IMG/VR virus record: IMGVR_UViG_3300042567_001420
Source: a virus
Lineage: Duplodnaviria; Caudoviricetes
Strand: one strand, 5' to 3'
Length of the DNA stretch: 64,000 nucleotides
Shown here: positions 25,225 to 35,621 of the stretch, in pieces
Layout: the number at the start of each line of letters is the position of its first letter
How positions within the stretch are numbered: position 1 is the first letter of the stretch
Made by a program: the position numbers and the translations under genes
Notes under the pieces: generated by a model
Told to the model about the DNA's origin: nothing
The model's input: the letters and a program-made list of their open reading frames with translations, nothing else
Database searches by the model: none

Positions 25225-26287
25225 TTGTAAATTCCTCATCCAAATCAATGTTACTAAAGCTAGCACCTAACATCTCGCCACCTGCGATACGATACTTGTT
25301 CTCAATAAAAGTTCTGAAGTCTTGCGATGTAATAATTGGTAACCAAAACTCTTTAGTGTATGTGTCTTTAAGTCTAAGCTTCTTGTCCGATACTACACCG
25401 GTCTCTTTATTGACCGAAGAATACCAACCATTAGATGGCTTAATAACAAACCCACCTTCAAGTGCTACATCCAATAGACCAGACCATTTGCTAATACCAC
25501 CTTCGAATGTAACTTCAACTGGAATCTTAGACTTCTCACGAACAAACCTAGACTTCTCAACATTGATAATAAAGTTATATCCAATAACTTCTGTACCTTC
25601 TTTTTCTTGTTGACGACCAATAATAAAGATTTGATCTGCAGAATAATAAATGCCTGTACCGCCTGAAACAATTTGTTTAGGGAACAAACCAATTTCAGAA
25701 TAAGTATGATTAACAACAACCATTGGAATATCTTTAATAGTCAAGTGAGGTGTAATCATTCTGAATAAAGACTTCATCTGTTTAGCGCGAGTCATATCTG
25801 CAACAGACTTGCCTTCAAGTGCATCATCAACTTCTTTCTTTGAAGCTAGATTACCTACTGAATCAACTACAATTATAACATGATCGCCACGCTCTACATT
25901 GTTAATTTGGCTCATCACATCAAATTTAAGTTGTTCAATGTCAGTAATAGGAGTGTGCAAAACACGCCCAGGATCAATTCCAAAGTTGTCAAAGTAGGAT
26001 TGAGGTGAACCAAATTCTGAATCATAGAATAAAACGACAGCATCCTCATACTTATCCAAATAGGCTTTGGCAAGCAATAACGAGAATGCTGTTTTAAAAT
26101 GTTTAGATGGACCTGCAAATACTGTGAGACCCGGAGTCAACCCGCCCTCAAGACTTCCAGACATCGCGACGTTAACCATAGGAACAGAGGTTTGAATCAT
26201 ATCCTTCTTTGCAAAGAATTTGGATTTGCTCAAAGTTTCTGTTTCTTTGATTGTCGAATTTTTCTTTAATTTTTCAAGTAACGACAT
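25208..26287 (-). CDS. uvsX: RecA-like recombinase UvsX
   Basis: GPSKHFKT, FYDSEFG, VVNHTY, SGGTG. Confidence 0.95.
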   Translation of the reverse strand: MSLLEKLKKNSTIKETETLSKSKFFAKKDMIQTSVPMVNVAMSGSLEGGLTPGLTVFAGPSKHFKTAFSLLLAKAYLDKYEDAVVLFYDSEFGSPQSYFDNFGIDPGRVLHTPITDIEQLKFDVMSQINNVERGDHVIIVVDSVGNLASKKEVDDALEGKSVADMTRAKQMKSLFRMITPHLTIKDIPMVVVNHTYSEIGLFPKQIVSGGTGIYYSADQIFIIGRQQEKEGTEVIGYNFIINVEKSRFVREKSKIPVEVTFEGGISKWSGLLDVALEGGFVIKPSNGWYSSVNKETGVVSDKKLRLKDTYTKEFWLPIITSQDFRTFIENKYRIAGGEMLGASFSNIDLDEEFTNASEV

Positions 26288-26311
26288 AATAACTCCTTAA
26301 GTAATTTCAAT

Positions 26312-26340
26312 ATTATAATATAACCATGACAAAAAGTCAA
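26312..26340 (-). promoter_or_regulatory. sigma70-type promoter
   Basis: TTGACT-N17-TATAAT. Confidence 0.7.
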
Positions 26341-26343
26341 TAG

Positions 26344-26784
26344 TTAGTTGCACCAACTTTGTTTGGCATCTCCGTAATATTCACGGGCGAATCCGTTTTT
26401 AATTAATTCTGCTCTTAGGCTTACACCGTTTAGAATTAGATCACCTAAAACACGTCCACCGAATTTATCCCAACCATATAACATGACTTGATGTTTTTGT
26501 GTGGAATTTATTGCATTTTTGGTAAACACACTAGCAGCTTCTCCGCGTTGTTTTTCCAAATCGCATTGTCCTCTAAATCCCTTTTCGGGAGTATCTACTC
26601 CAAATACTCGAACGGCAATTTCTGGTTTGATGGGTGCAGGCAAATACGGTGCAGCAATAACTACAGTATCTCCGTCTGTCACTCTTATAATGTTAGCATC
26701 ATATAATACTCCTTTTGGAGTCTTTTGAGCATAACTTGTAGATGCACATAATAGAAATGCAAGTGTTAATAATAATTTTTTCAT
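26344..26784 (-). CDS. Thermonuclease (SNase-like) with signal peptide
   Basis: RVTDGDT, VRVFGVDTPE, DKFGGRVLG; MKKLLLTLAFLLCASTSYA. Confidence 0.85.
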   Translation of the reverse strand: MKKLLLTLAFLLCASTSYAQKTPKGVLYDANIIRVTDGDTVVIAAPYLPAPIKPEIAVRVFGVDTPEKGFRGQCDLEKQRGEAASVFTKNAINSTQKHQVMLYGWDKFGGRVLGDLILNGVSLRAELIKNGFAREYYGDAKQSWCN

Positions 26785-29270
26785 GCGAATAATCCTTCCA
26801 ATGTTGCTTGTGGCTTTGCAGACCAACCCACACCATTCAATATTGTTGTTAACGGTTCAAGAAATGATTTCTCAAACATTGTGTCATAATCTACATACTG
26901 CTTCAAATTGAACTCTTCAGGAATCACATTGATAAAAGCAATACAATTTTCTTTAATCAAGTTTGGTTCTTTTAAGTAAATGAATTTGATCTTATCGCCT
27001 TCACTTATAAGTTCATACTTTTTATCTATTTGCTTTTCTTTTAAATAGAAGTTATACAGCAAGGCTCCCCGAACGTGCATTGGAGTAGCTGGTTTATAAA
27101 TAGATGATCTATCTGTATATTTATCGACTCCATTTACACCTCTAGGGAATGCGATTAATTCTGGTTCTAATTTACGATACTTAGTTTCAAACTCTCGAAT
27201 GTAATCTTGTAGCTCTTGTTCTGTTCCGGTCAATGCCAATTTAACTGCCTGCTTCAACGCGTCTCGTACAGGTTCGGGAGTAGATGATCTAACAATCTCC
27301 AATCCCATAACCTTTAGCTTTGGTTCCTTATATTGAACACCCTCATTGTTATAAACATTTAAAGCATATCGTTTCTTAGCAACCCAAATGCCTCGATCTG
27401 CAATAACCTCACGCTTAAAATAAATCTTTGTCTCAAAGGCATTAGTATATTCTGCAAGCATATCGCATGACTTGTTAATTGCCTTTTCAATCTTCTCATT
27501 ACAAATCTTATCGAGAATCTCTACGATCTTTTCTTTTGGTTGATCTTTGTAGAACTTTTGAACCAATGGGTCAAGTGTAATATAACACGCATCTGTATCT
27601 GAATAGAATGAATAAATGTGATCTTTTGTGTCACACACTTTGTTCAAATACTCATTCAATGCTGCACCCACAGTCTGAATAATATACTGTCCGGTCAACG
27701 TAATACCTTCAGCAATATTTGAATCATAGAATCTAAAAAACTCATTGCCCCATGCACCAAACAAAGAGTTTAATTGAATCTTACGAGCCATCTGAAAGTT
27801 GTTATATTTTGCAATCTCTTTTTGCCACTTCTTATCTTTTGATTCTTCATACTTAGATTGAGCGACCAACATCAACTTCTTATACTTTTGTCGATCGTCA
27901 AATAACTTCTGAACAATCTCGGGAAACAATCCTTGCTTCTCTCTGGTATAGCAAAAGCCATTTGCAGACATACAATAGTTGTTATCTTTTAGATCATCTA
28001 GATTGATAGATTGTTTTAACAATGAATTTACATCTGCATTTTTTGTTGCTTTTCTAATTTGTGTTTCTGGCGACAAATTATACTGCATAATAATACTAGG
28101 ATACAGACTTGTTGCATCAAAAGAAACCACCCAATCATATTTGCCTGGTCGTGGTTCTTGAACAAATGCCCCGACAATTTGTCTACCGGGCAAACCTTCT
28201 CGCTGATGCACAACAATGTTTTGTTTCCACAAATGATTCCATAAGATACAGTCCCAAGTTCTTACAGCTGAGAATACATCAACATAATTACATTTCGCAT
28301 CATATGCCATTGTAAGAATCAATTCAATCAACTTCATCTTGTCTTCAAGCTGGTCAACAAGTTCTACGTCAACTACGTTATACTCGACAAACTTTTGCCA
28401 ATCATTTTTATAGAAGTCTCGGAACGAAGTATATTCGTCATACGATAATTTCTCTTTGCCAAGTTCTACTTTGGCAATGTGATCCAACTTATATGATTCT
28501 TGAGCACTGTAGGTAAACTTCTTATACAGATCAAGATAGTCTAGAATGGCTACACCAAGAATATCATAAATAAGTTCTGTGCGACTCATGCGGGTAAATT
28601 CTTTTGGATTTACCACACCCCAAGGTGATAGCTTTTTAACAGCATCATCTCCAAGAATACGTGCCATTCTAGAACACAAATATGGAATATCAAAGAATTC
28701 AATGTTCCATCCTGTAAGAATGTTAGGGCAATTCTCTTGGAAATAAATTAAGAACTTCTGAAATAGATCATACTCATCTCTACATTGAATATAGGTATGA
28801 TTGTCTTTTGTTACTTTAAATTGTTTCGATCCAAATGTCACAAGCTCTTTAGTACTTGCATCTTGAATCGTAATCAATAACAATTCTTCTTTTGGATCTC
28901 TGACATTGGGGAATCCAAGTTCTGCAGAGGTCTCAATATCAAGAGACCAAATTTTAATCTGCGAAATATCGAATTCTACTTCGTCGGGAAACGTCTTTGT
29001 GATATACTGATATGCGTAATTTGTGTTGCCAAAGATGGGATAATTTTCTACTTCTTTATATCTTTTGACATAATCTTTGGCATCGTTTATATCTGCGAAT
29101 TCTATTTCTTCAAGATTATCTCCGAATAACGACTTATAGTATGATTCTTTCTGTGACTTTGTAAATAAGCTTGGTTTGAATTCGATCTTTTCCTGAACGG
29201 TTTTGCCGTTATTTACGCCCCTGACCAGAATACGATTACCATACTGATTCACGTTAGTGTAGAACTTCAT
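26781..29270 (-). CDS. 43: Family B DNA polymerase (T4 gp43)
   Basis: DIET exonuclease motif, FDATSLYPS, KIQLNSLFG, YSDTD. Confidence 0.97.
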   Translation of the reverse strand: MKFYTNVNQYGNRILVRGVNNGKTVQEKIEFKPSLFTKSQKESYYKSLFGDNLEEIEFADINDAKDYVKRYKEVENYPIFGNTNYAYQYITKTFPDEVEFDISQIKIWSLDIETSAELGFPNVRDPKEELLLITIQDASTKELVTFGSKQFKVTKDNHTYIQCRDEYDLFQKFLIYFQENCPNILTGWNIEFFDIPYLCSRMARILGDDAVKKLSPWGVVNPKEFTRMSRTELIYDILGVAILDYLDLYKKFTYSAQESYKLDHIAKVELGKEKLSYDEYTSFRDFYKNDWQKFVEYNVVDVELVDQLEDKMKLIELILTMAYDAKCNYVDVFSAVRTWDCILWNHLWKQNIVVHQREGLPGRQIVGAFVQEPRPGKYDWVVSFDATSLYPSIIMQYNLSPETQIRKATKNADVNSLLKQSINLDDLKDNNYCMSANGFCYTREKQGLFPEIVQKLFDDRQKYKKLMLVAQSKYEESKDKKWQKEIAKYNNFQMARKIQLNSLFGAWGNEFFRFYDSNIAEGITLTGQYIIQTVGAALNEYLNKVCDTKDHIYSFYSDTDACYITLDPLVQKFYKDQPKEKIVEILDKICNEKIEKAINKSCDMLAEYTNAFETKIYFKREVIADRGIWVAKKRYALNVYNNEGVQYKEPKLKVMGLEIVRSSTPEPVRDALKQAVKLALTGTEQELQDYIREFETKYRKLEPELIAFPRGVNGVDKYTDRSSIYKPATPMHVRGALLYNFYLKEKQIDKKYELISEGDKIKFIYLKEPNLIKENCIAFINVIPEEFNLKQYVDYDTMFEKSFLEPLTTILNGVGWSAKPQATLEGLFA

Positions 29271-29304
29271 TAAAAACCTTTTAGACACAATAAATAATTA
29301 TATC

Positions 29305-29333
29305 ATTATATATGAAAAGTGCTTATTTGTCAA
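29305..29333 (-). promoter_or_regulatory. sigma70-type early promoter for gp43
   Basis: TTGACA-N17-TATAAT. Confidence 0.8.
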
Positions 29334-29377
29334 TAGGTTATGTAATAAAGATGACCAAATCTTTATATTTGATTAGA

Positions 29378-29385
29378 TATAAATA
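29378..29385 (+). promoter_or_regulatory. T4-type late promoter for the plus-strand island
   Basis: TATAAATA upstream of 29418. Confidence 0.65.
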
Positions 29386-29417
29386 TATGAATACGCATAT
29401 ATTAGTAGGATAATCAA

Positions 29418-30536
29418 ATGGAATTTACAGCTGGATTTACGTTAGTTGGTGGTGGGACTTTTGTTGCGCCTCCACCGCCTCCCCCTGATCCATATCTATG
29501 GGCATGGGGCGACAATGACTTTGGTCGATTGGGATTAGGTAATACTACAGATTATTCAAGTCCAAAACAAGTTGGTGCACTAACTACTTGGTCAAGTATT
29601 TCCGGTGGTGAATTGCACAGCGCGGCCATTAAAACAGATGGTACAATATGGTCTTGGGGCAAAAATGAGTACGGCCAACTGGGCCTAGGCAATACTACAA
29701 ATATATCTAGTCCAGTACAAGTTGGAGCCCTAACTACTTGGTTAAATATTGCTGCGGGTGAGGAACACGCCCTGGCCGTTAAAACAGATGGTACCTTGTG
29801 GTCATGGGGTAGAGCTTCGAACGGTAGATTGGGTCTAGGCAATACTATAAATAGATCTAGTCCAGTACAAGTTGGTGCATTAACTACTTGGTCAAGTATT
29901 AGTGCGGGCGGTGGTCACAGCTTAGCTGTCAAAACAGATGGTACCATGTGGTCTTGGGGAAGCGGTGGCCAAGGCAAATTAGGATTAGGGGACACTACGG
30001 CTAGATCTAGTCCAGTACAGGTTGGTGCGTTAAACACTTGGTCAAGTGTTGCTGGAGGCAATTATCACAGTTTAGCAATTAAAACAGATGGTACCATGTG
30101 GTCATGGGGGTACAATTTCACTTATGGCCTGCTAGGGTTAGGAGATACTAACGATAGATCTAGTCCAGTACAGATTGGAGCTTTAACTACCTGGTCAAGT
30201 ATTTCTGCAGGTTATTTTCATAGCATGGCAGTCAAAACAGATGGTACCATGTGGGCATGGGGTTTCAATAGCGGTCGATTAGGTGTAGGCGATACTGCAA
30301 ACAGATCAAGTCCAGTACAGGTTGGAGCATTAACTACTTGGTTAAATGTTAGTGCAGGTAGGTATCACAGCTTGGCCATTAAAACAGATGGTACATTATG
30401 GTCGTGGGGGGAGAATAATGGCGGCATTTTGGGATTAGGGGACACTACGGCTAGATCTAGTCCAGTACAGGTTGGTGCGTTAAACACTTGGGCAAGTGTT
30501 GCTGCAGGCCATATACACAGCATGGCAATCGGTTAA
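29418..30536 (+). CDS. RCC1/BLIP-II repeat beta-propeller protein
   Basis: Seven ~50-aa repeats: AIKTDGT.W.WG.N..G.LGLG....SSPVQVGALTTW. Confidence 0.9.
   Translation: MEFTAGFTLVGGGTFVAPPPPPPDPYLWAWGDNDFGRLGLGNTTDYSSPKQVGALTTWSSISGGELHSAAIKTDGTIWSWGKNEYGQLGLGNTTNISSPVQVGALTTWLNIAAGEEHALAVKTDGTLWSWGRASNGRLGLGNTINRSSPVQVGALTTWSSISAGGGHSLAVKTDGTMWSWGSGGQGKLGLGDTTARSSPVQVGALNTWSSVAGGNYHSLAIKTDGTMWSWGYNFTYGLLGLGDTNDRSSPVQIGALTTWSSISAGYFHSMAVKTDGTMWAWGFNSGRLGVGDTANRSSPVQVGALTTWLNVSAGRYHSLAIKTDGTLWSWGENNGGILGLGDTTARSSPVQVGALNTWASVAAGHIHSMAIG
29982..30491. repeat. Identical 60-nt direct repeat (29982-30041, 30432-30491)
   Basis: Direct comparison, offset 450 nt. Confidence 0.9.
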
Positions 30537-30573
30537 AGTATCAAATTAAAAGTAAAACAAAATAGGAGAAAAA

Positions 30574-31788
30574 ATGTTCAACAAAAAGGTAGCCGCATTG
30601 GCACTTTTTGTTATGATGTTTGGTAGCACTTTAGCACAAACGACAAGTGGAACCTCTAGCACAACTGGGGGAACAACGACAGGGACTACAAGTCTTATCA
30701 ATCAAGGCACATACGATAGTAAATCATTAGTAGATACTAATAGTACTTCTAATAGTGTCAGTACAGTTAACAGTAATAGCAATGCTACAAGTACAAGCAC
30801 TGCTACAAGCAATTCAACTGTTAACAGTACCTCGGTAAATACTAACAATAATAATAGTGCAAGTACCAGCACAAATGTTAATACCAACAACAATATTAAC
30901 AGCGGTACTCAGACGTTAAATAATAACAACGTCAATTCTGGCACAATGACGTACAATAATAACAACGTCAATTCTGGCACAATGACAAACATTAATCAGA
31001 ATACATCAACATCTACAAGTAACAATACTAACGTTAATACTAATCACAATATTAATAGCGGTACTCAGACGTTTAATAATAACAATGTCAGTACCAGCAC
31101 TTCAACCAATACCAATATTAATAAAAATGAAAATAGCGGTACAATGACGTACAATAACAACAATGTTAGTACATCTACAAATAACAACGTAAATACTTCT
31201 ACAAATAATAATGTAAATACTGGAGATATGACTAATCGCAATATTAGTACATCTACATCGCAAAGTGTTAATACAAATAATAATGTTAACCAAAATGCAA
31301 ACATTAATCAGAACATAAATTCTGGCGAAGTAACTAACATTAATAAAAACGAAACTCTTATTACACAAAGAGTAATTCAACCTCCACCCACAGCAGTTGC
31401 ACCTTCAATGATGAGTGGGGGAAACAATGATCTATGTAGTACTGGATCATCTGGCTCAGTACAAACACAAGTATTTGGTGTTTCATCTGGAGGCACAATA
31501 CGAGATCTAAATTGTGAAAGATTAAAACTTTCTAAAACTCTGTATGACATGGGCATGAAGGTTGCGGCAGTTAGCACTATGTGTCAAGATTATCGTGTAT
31601 TTAAAGCAATGATGGATGCCGGAACACCTTGTCCAATTGATGGCAAGATTGGTGAACAGGCTAAACTTGCATGGGAAGAGAACAAAGATAAAATCCCAAC
31701 ACCACCAAAAGAAGACAAATATGAAACTGCTAAAAACATTGGCTTCGGCTCTTTGCTTGGCGTTATCGTTCACGCCGCTTTTAAGTAA
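30574..31788 (+). CDS. Secreted Asn/Thr/Ser-rich protein with Cys-containing C-terminal domain
   Basis: Signal peptide, NNNNVNSGTMT repeats, DLNCERLKLS...MCQD...PCP. Confidence 0.75.
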   Translation: MFNKKVAALALFVMMFGSTLAQTTSGTSSTTGGTTTGTTSLINQGTYDSKSLVDTNSTSNSVSTVNSNSNATSTSTATSNSTVNSTSVNTNNNNSASTSTNVNTNNNINSGTQTLNNNNVNSGTMTYNNNNVNSGTMTNINQNTSTSTSNNTNVNTNHNINSGTQTFNNNNVSTSTSTNTNINKNENSGTMTYNNNNVSTSTNNNVNTSTNNNVNTGDMTNRNISTSTSQSVNTNNNVNQNANINQNINSGEVTNINKNETLITQRVIQPPPTAVAPSMMSGGNNDLCSTGSSGSVQTQVFGVSSGGTIRDLNCERLKLSKTLYDMGMKVAAVSTMCQDYRVFKAMMDAGTPCPIDGKIGEQAKLAWEENKDKIPTPPKEDKYETAKNIGFGSLLGVIVHAAFK

Positions 31789-33544
31789 AGCACAAACAGT
31801 AGAGCCCGGGCAAGTCTACACTACCGGGAATATTGTACAAGATACTCCCTATGGTGGACCTACCCCTTGGGTTGGCGGTGTTTATCAAGACAATCTAACT
31901 TGTTGGGGACAACAAGGCGATACAGGATACTGTGGACCGAATGCTATCGTGCGTCCAGGCGGTAACATTAACTTCTCTTATGGTTCAACATATCTGTATC
32001 AACAACAACATATTTCAACGTTGTTACCTTCTGCTACGGGACTTCAAGTCAATGGATATAACTTTGGATTCACAGCAAAGAATGGTAATGGTTGGGATGA
32101 TGGCCGTGTAGACCAACTGACAGCACTTGTTCGCTTTTGGGATAACACAGGCGGCAGAGGTGCTAACAATTTATTATACGGAGATGTTTACGATTTAACT
32201 CGTAAATATAATTGGACTACATTTGATTACTCCAAAACATTTACGACACCTCTTGCAGTACCTTCTATCGGACAAGTACAATACGGATTTATTGGTAGAG
32301 ACAATAATTTTTGGGCAGGCCCATATGGCCCAGAATTATACAATGTAAATTTCAGCTTAAAATATTCTGTAGACCCATGTGCAAGTAATCCATTATACAG
32401 CCCAACTTGTTCTGGATATTTAGATGCATTAGCAAAATTAATACCCAAGACTGCAGCATCTCCTTTAGAAACAGCATCACCTCCCCCTCCTTTTGAAACA
32501 GTTGCAATTGCACCAGGTGCTCCTCCCCCTCCTGGATCACCTCCGCCACCAGGCGCACCGCCGGTTCAAGAATCACCGCAACAACCTCAACCGGGACAAA
32601 ATCCACCCGGGCCAGCAGCGGCTGGACCAGCACCACAGCAAGCTGCGTCACAACCTGCTGCCAACAATCAACAACCAAGAGCAGGAGAAGTAGCAGATTC
32701 TGGAGGTGGAAAAAGTTCATCACCTGTTTCTCTATCATCAGTTCTTAGTATGATTAGTTCTAATCAAGATAAAACAGCATCATTAGAAAAATCAGTAGTA
32801 CAATCTGCAGATGCTCAGGCATTTTCTGCAGGGGAGACTGCAAAACAACAAGCAGAGAAAGTTGCAGGAGATGCGCAATCGCAAAGTCTCGGTGGCGGTG
32901 CAGGATCATCTACCGGCGGCCAAACGGCAGGAACACAATCTTCATTTACACAAACACAAAGTTCGATGGCGGCTTTGCAAGGAAATCAGCAATCAAGCAA
33001 TGCATCCAATTCTGCAAGAATACAACAATCTATTAATACCAGTGTTAGTTCACAATCAAGCGAAGTAAATTTTGCCGGAGCAACTACTCAACAGAATAGT
33101 TATCAAAATACTACAAGGCAAGAAGTTAATGTAGCAATGGCTGCACCTATTACCTCATATAGTTTAGCTGCACCTACAAGATCTTCTGCTCAGCCTCAAA
33201 TTGAAATACCTATGCTCGAAGGAATAAAATTTGGACATAGAGGTGCGGTTGATAATGCAATGGAAGCAAAACCATTTATTCCTCAGTTGAATGATAACTC
33301 TCAACAAAGTGATAGTGTAAAAAAGAATATAGACAACAATGAATTAGCCGGTAATATAACAATAGAATCAATTGCAAAACAGCCTGCAAATTATTCACAA
33401 TATTTCTTTATGCTACAAGATGTTGCATTTTACGCACCAAAAGAAATTTACAAGAATCAAAAGACAGTAGATAATGTTAGAGCATTAAGACAAATGAGTT
33501 CAGATAAACTACATCAAGACTTAGTTAACTTACAATACAAATAA
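31721..33544 (+). CDS. Secreted protein with Pro/Gln/Ser-rich linker
   Basis: Start set to MKLLKTLASALC at 31721 (signal peptide); DPCASNPLYSPTC motif. Confidence 0.7.
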   Translation: MKLLKTLASALCLALSFTPLLSKAQTVEPGQVYTTGNIVQDTPYGGPTPWVGGVYQDNLTCWGQQGDTGYCGPNAIVRPGGNINFSYGSTYLYQQQHISTLLPSATGLQVNGYNFGFTAKNGNGWDDGRVDQLTALVRFWDNTGGRGANNLLYGDVYDLTRKYNWTTFDYSKTFTTPLAVPSIGQVQYGFIGRDNNFWAGPYGPELYNVNFSLKYSVDPCASNPLYSPTCSGYLDALAKLIPKTAASPLETASPPPPFETVAIAPGAPPPPGSPPPPGAPPVQESPQQPQPGQNPPGPAAAGPAPQQAASQPAANNQQPRAGEVADSGGGKSSSPVSLSSVLSMISSNQDKTASLEKSVVQSADAQAFSAGETAKQQAEKVAGDAQSQSLGGGAGSSTGGQTAGTQSSFTQTQSSMAALQGNQQSSNASNSARIQQSINTSVSSQSSEVNFAGATTQQNSYQNTTRQEVNVAMAAPITSYSLAAPTRSSAQPQIEIPMLEGIKFGHRGAVDNAMEAKPFIPQLNDNSQQSDSVKKNIDNNELAGNITIESIAKQPANYSQYFFMLQDVAFYAPKEIYKNQKTVDNVRALRQMSSDKLHQDLVNLQYK

Positions 33545-33553
33545 GGAAGTAAA

Positions 33554-34141
33554 ATGGGAGAAGAAATTAAAAACGTCAACGCTAAGATTGACGACGCAGA
33601 AGCTGCCGTAAAGAAATATGCAAGTAAAGATACTGTTATTAGTATTGGTGGTTATGAATTTACTCCTGCAAAATTAATGGTCGCTGCTACTATTGTGTCA
33701 TCTGTGTTAGGTGGCTTATATGGGACATTTGAAGTATATAAAGATTACGTAGGTATGAAGAAAAAGATTGCATCATACGAAGCGCCAGACTTGTCGGGAT
33801 TTGATAAGCGTCTGGCGGTTATAGAAGAAAATAGTCAAAAGGGTGCAGATTATACCCGTGATATTAAAGTTGATTTGAAAAACGATATTCGCCGTAATGA
33901 AACAGTAACCGAACAAGTGGAACGTAGTGTTAAAAATGCGCAACGTGAAACAGAATCAGAAATGCGTGATATGCGTAAAGCAGTTCGTGAGGATTTAGAA
34001 AAAGCTCGTAATGAAGCCAATGTTATTCGTAGAGAAATGGCTGAAGCACGTAGAGAGATCGAACGTGAGGTTATCCAGTTGAAGAAAGAAGTTGATAGCA
34101 AAATTCAAAAAGCTATTGACAATCCATTAGCGAATAAATAA
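33554..34141 (+). CDS. Membrane-anchored coiled-coil protein
   Basis: One hydrophobic segment then a charged helical region. Confidence 0.65.
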   Translation: MGEEIKNVNAKIDDAEAAVKKYASKDTVISIGGYEFTPAKLMVAATIVSSVLGGLYGTFEVYKDYVGMKKKIASYEAPDLSGFDKRLAVIEENSQKGADYTRDIKVDLKNDIRRNETVTEQVERSVKNAQRETESEMRDMRKAVREDLEKARNEANVIRREMAEARREIEREVIQLKKEVDSKIQKAIDNPLANK

Positions 34142-34283
34142 TGTTTGCTACAGTTCTGGCCTTTGCCTTGCAGGTACAACTACCTGCTTGTAAAAAATGG
34201 ACCTGGATTGGCGATGTCTATAATAGAAAAGTGATTTGTTTGGAGTGGAGAAAAGAAGAAAAACCCAAAGAAGGTAAAAAGAA

Positions 34284-34781
34284 ATGATAGATCCAATGAC
34301 AGCACTCGCAGGCATACAGTCTGCAATAAGCATGGTTAAAAAAGCTAGTAAAGTAGCTAATGATCTAGGCTCTCTTGCTCCCATGATTGGGAAAATGTTT
34401 GACGCTAAGAGTACTGCTACTAAAGCATTGATGGAAGCCAAAAAGTCTAAGAAAGGTTCTAATATGGGAACCGCACTTCAGATTGAAATGGCATTAGAAC
34501 AAGCCAGAGCATTTGAAGAAGAATTAAAGATGTTGTTTATGCAGACAGGCAAGATTGACGTATGGAATAAGATCAAAGCTCGCCAAGCAGAAATGGACGC
34601 GGACGATGCTAATGATATAAGAATGTTCAACGATCAAGAACGCAAGCGTAAACAAAAAGAAGAAGAATTAAACGAATGGGCAATGATACTTGGTGGAGCT
34701 GCTTTTGTCTTGTTCATATTGTTTATTGGTGGCTATGAACTAATGCAGTTTTGTCAAACAGGTAATAGGTGCGGAAGATGA
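34284..34781 (+). CDS. Hypothetical protein with C-terminal TM helix
   Basis: MIDPMTALAGIQSAIS...; hydrophobic C-terminus. Confidence 0.65.
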   Translation: MIDPMTALAGIQSAISMVKKASKVANDLGSLAPMIGKMFDAKSTATKALMEAKKSKKGSNMGTALQIEMALEQARAFEEELKMLFMQTGKIDVWNKIKARQAEMDADDANDIRMFNDQERKRKQKEEELNEWAMILGGAAFVLFILFIGGYELMQFCQTGNRCGR

Positions 34782-34927
34782 ACGAATACCAAAAAACATT
34801 TGATATGTGTTTAAAAATATTTGTATATGGTAGCGTGGCGTTATATTTTTTAGGGTTTCTTAAATTTCTTCCAGATGACTTATCAGATAGATTAGTTAAC
34901 GGGTTAATAGGTAGATTTTTACCTTAA
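34778..34927 (+). CDS. Small membrane protein (49 aa)
   Basis: ATGA overlap with the upstream gene; hydrophobic segment. Confidence 0.5.
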   Translation: MNEYQKTFDMCLKIFVYGSVALYFLGFLKFLPDDLSDRLVNGLIGRFLP

Positions 34928-34946
34928 TATTTAAAAGGAGACAATT

Positions 34947-35063
34947 ATGTTAGATATTTTACTTTGGGTAGCAGTAGGGGCATTTATCGGCTGGAATTTT
35001 CCACAACCATTCTGGGCTAAGATGATGCAAGAAAAAATTCAAGCAATGATTGCTAAGAAATAA
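34947..35063 (+). CDS. Small membrane protein (38 aa)
   Basis: MLDILLWVAVGAFIGWNFPQP..., AAGGAG Shine-Dalgarno. Confidence 0.55.
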   Translation: MLDILLWVAVGAFIGWNFPQPFWAKMMQEKIQAMIAKK

Positions 35064-35072
35064 GGAAGCAGT

Positions 35073-35621
35073 ATGTCAGAAGAAAAGAAACCATTATCAC
35101 GTTCTGAGCGTGAAGCGCAAATTAAAGATAAAGCAGGTTGGTTAATTACTGTACTTGCTGCTCTTTTAGCTATTAATACTTACATTGCGTCAGGCAATAG
35201 TTCTAAGGTATTAAACAATACTATTAAAGCAAATGATACTTGGGCATTCTATCAGGCAAAATCTATTAAACAGACATTAGCTGAAATGGCTAGAGACGAT
35301 GCGGTTGAAAGAAAACAATTTGAAAAGGCAGATAAATTAACTGCAAAAATTAATAGATACGAGAGCGAGCCTGCAACGGGTGAGGGTAAGAAAGAGTTAT
35401 TTGCTAAAGCCCGAGCATTAGAAGCAGAGCGCGATCAAGTACGTAAATCAGGGCCCTGGATGACATTTGCTGGCTCAGGGTTCCAGATTTCTATTGTTCT
35501 ACTATCAGCTAGTATCTTAGCTGTTGCACCTGCCTTGTATTTGGCAAGTATTGCTGTTGGCGCATTATCCGCGTTGTTAATGAGCCAAGGAATATGGCTC
35601 TGGTTGCCGATTGTACTATAA
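35073..35621 (+). CDS. DUF4337-like membrane protein
   Basis: WAFYQAKSIKQ motif and TM helices at both ends (family name from recall). Confidence 0.6.
   Translation: MSEEKKPLSRSEREAQIKDKAGWLITVLAALLAINTYIASGNSSKVLNNTIKANDTWAFYQAKSIKQTLAEMARDDAVERKQFEKADKLTAKINRYESEPATGEGKKELFAKARALEAERDQVRKSGPWMTFAGSGFQISIVLLSASILAVAPALYLASIAVGALSALLMSQGIWLWLPIVL

Noticed and set aside
26781-29270. Intein or intron in gp43 (also checked gp41 and uvsX)
   Set aside because: Lengths are typical and the catalytic motifs are contiguous.
29982-30491. Repeat pair as a diversity-generating retroelement template/variable region
   Set aside because: The copies are identical, flanking differences are not at adenines, and no reverse transcriptase is in the window.
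30780-31350. Asn-rich repeats as a CRISPR array
   Set aside because: They are in-frame coding repeats with no constant repeat/unique spacer pattern and no cas genes.
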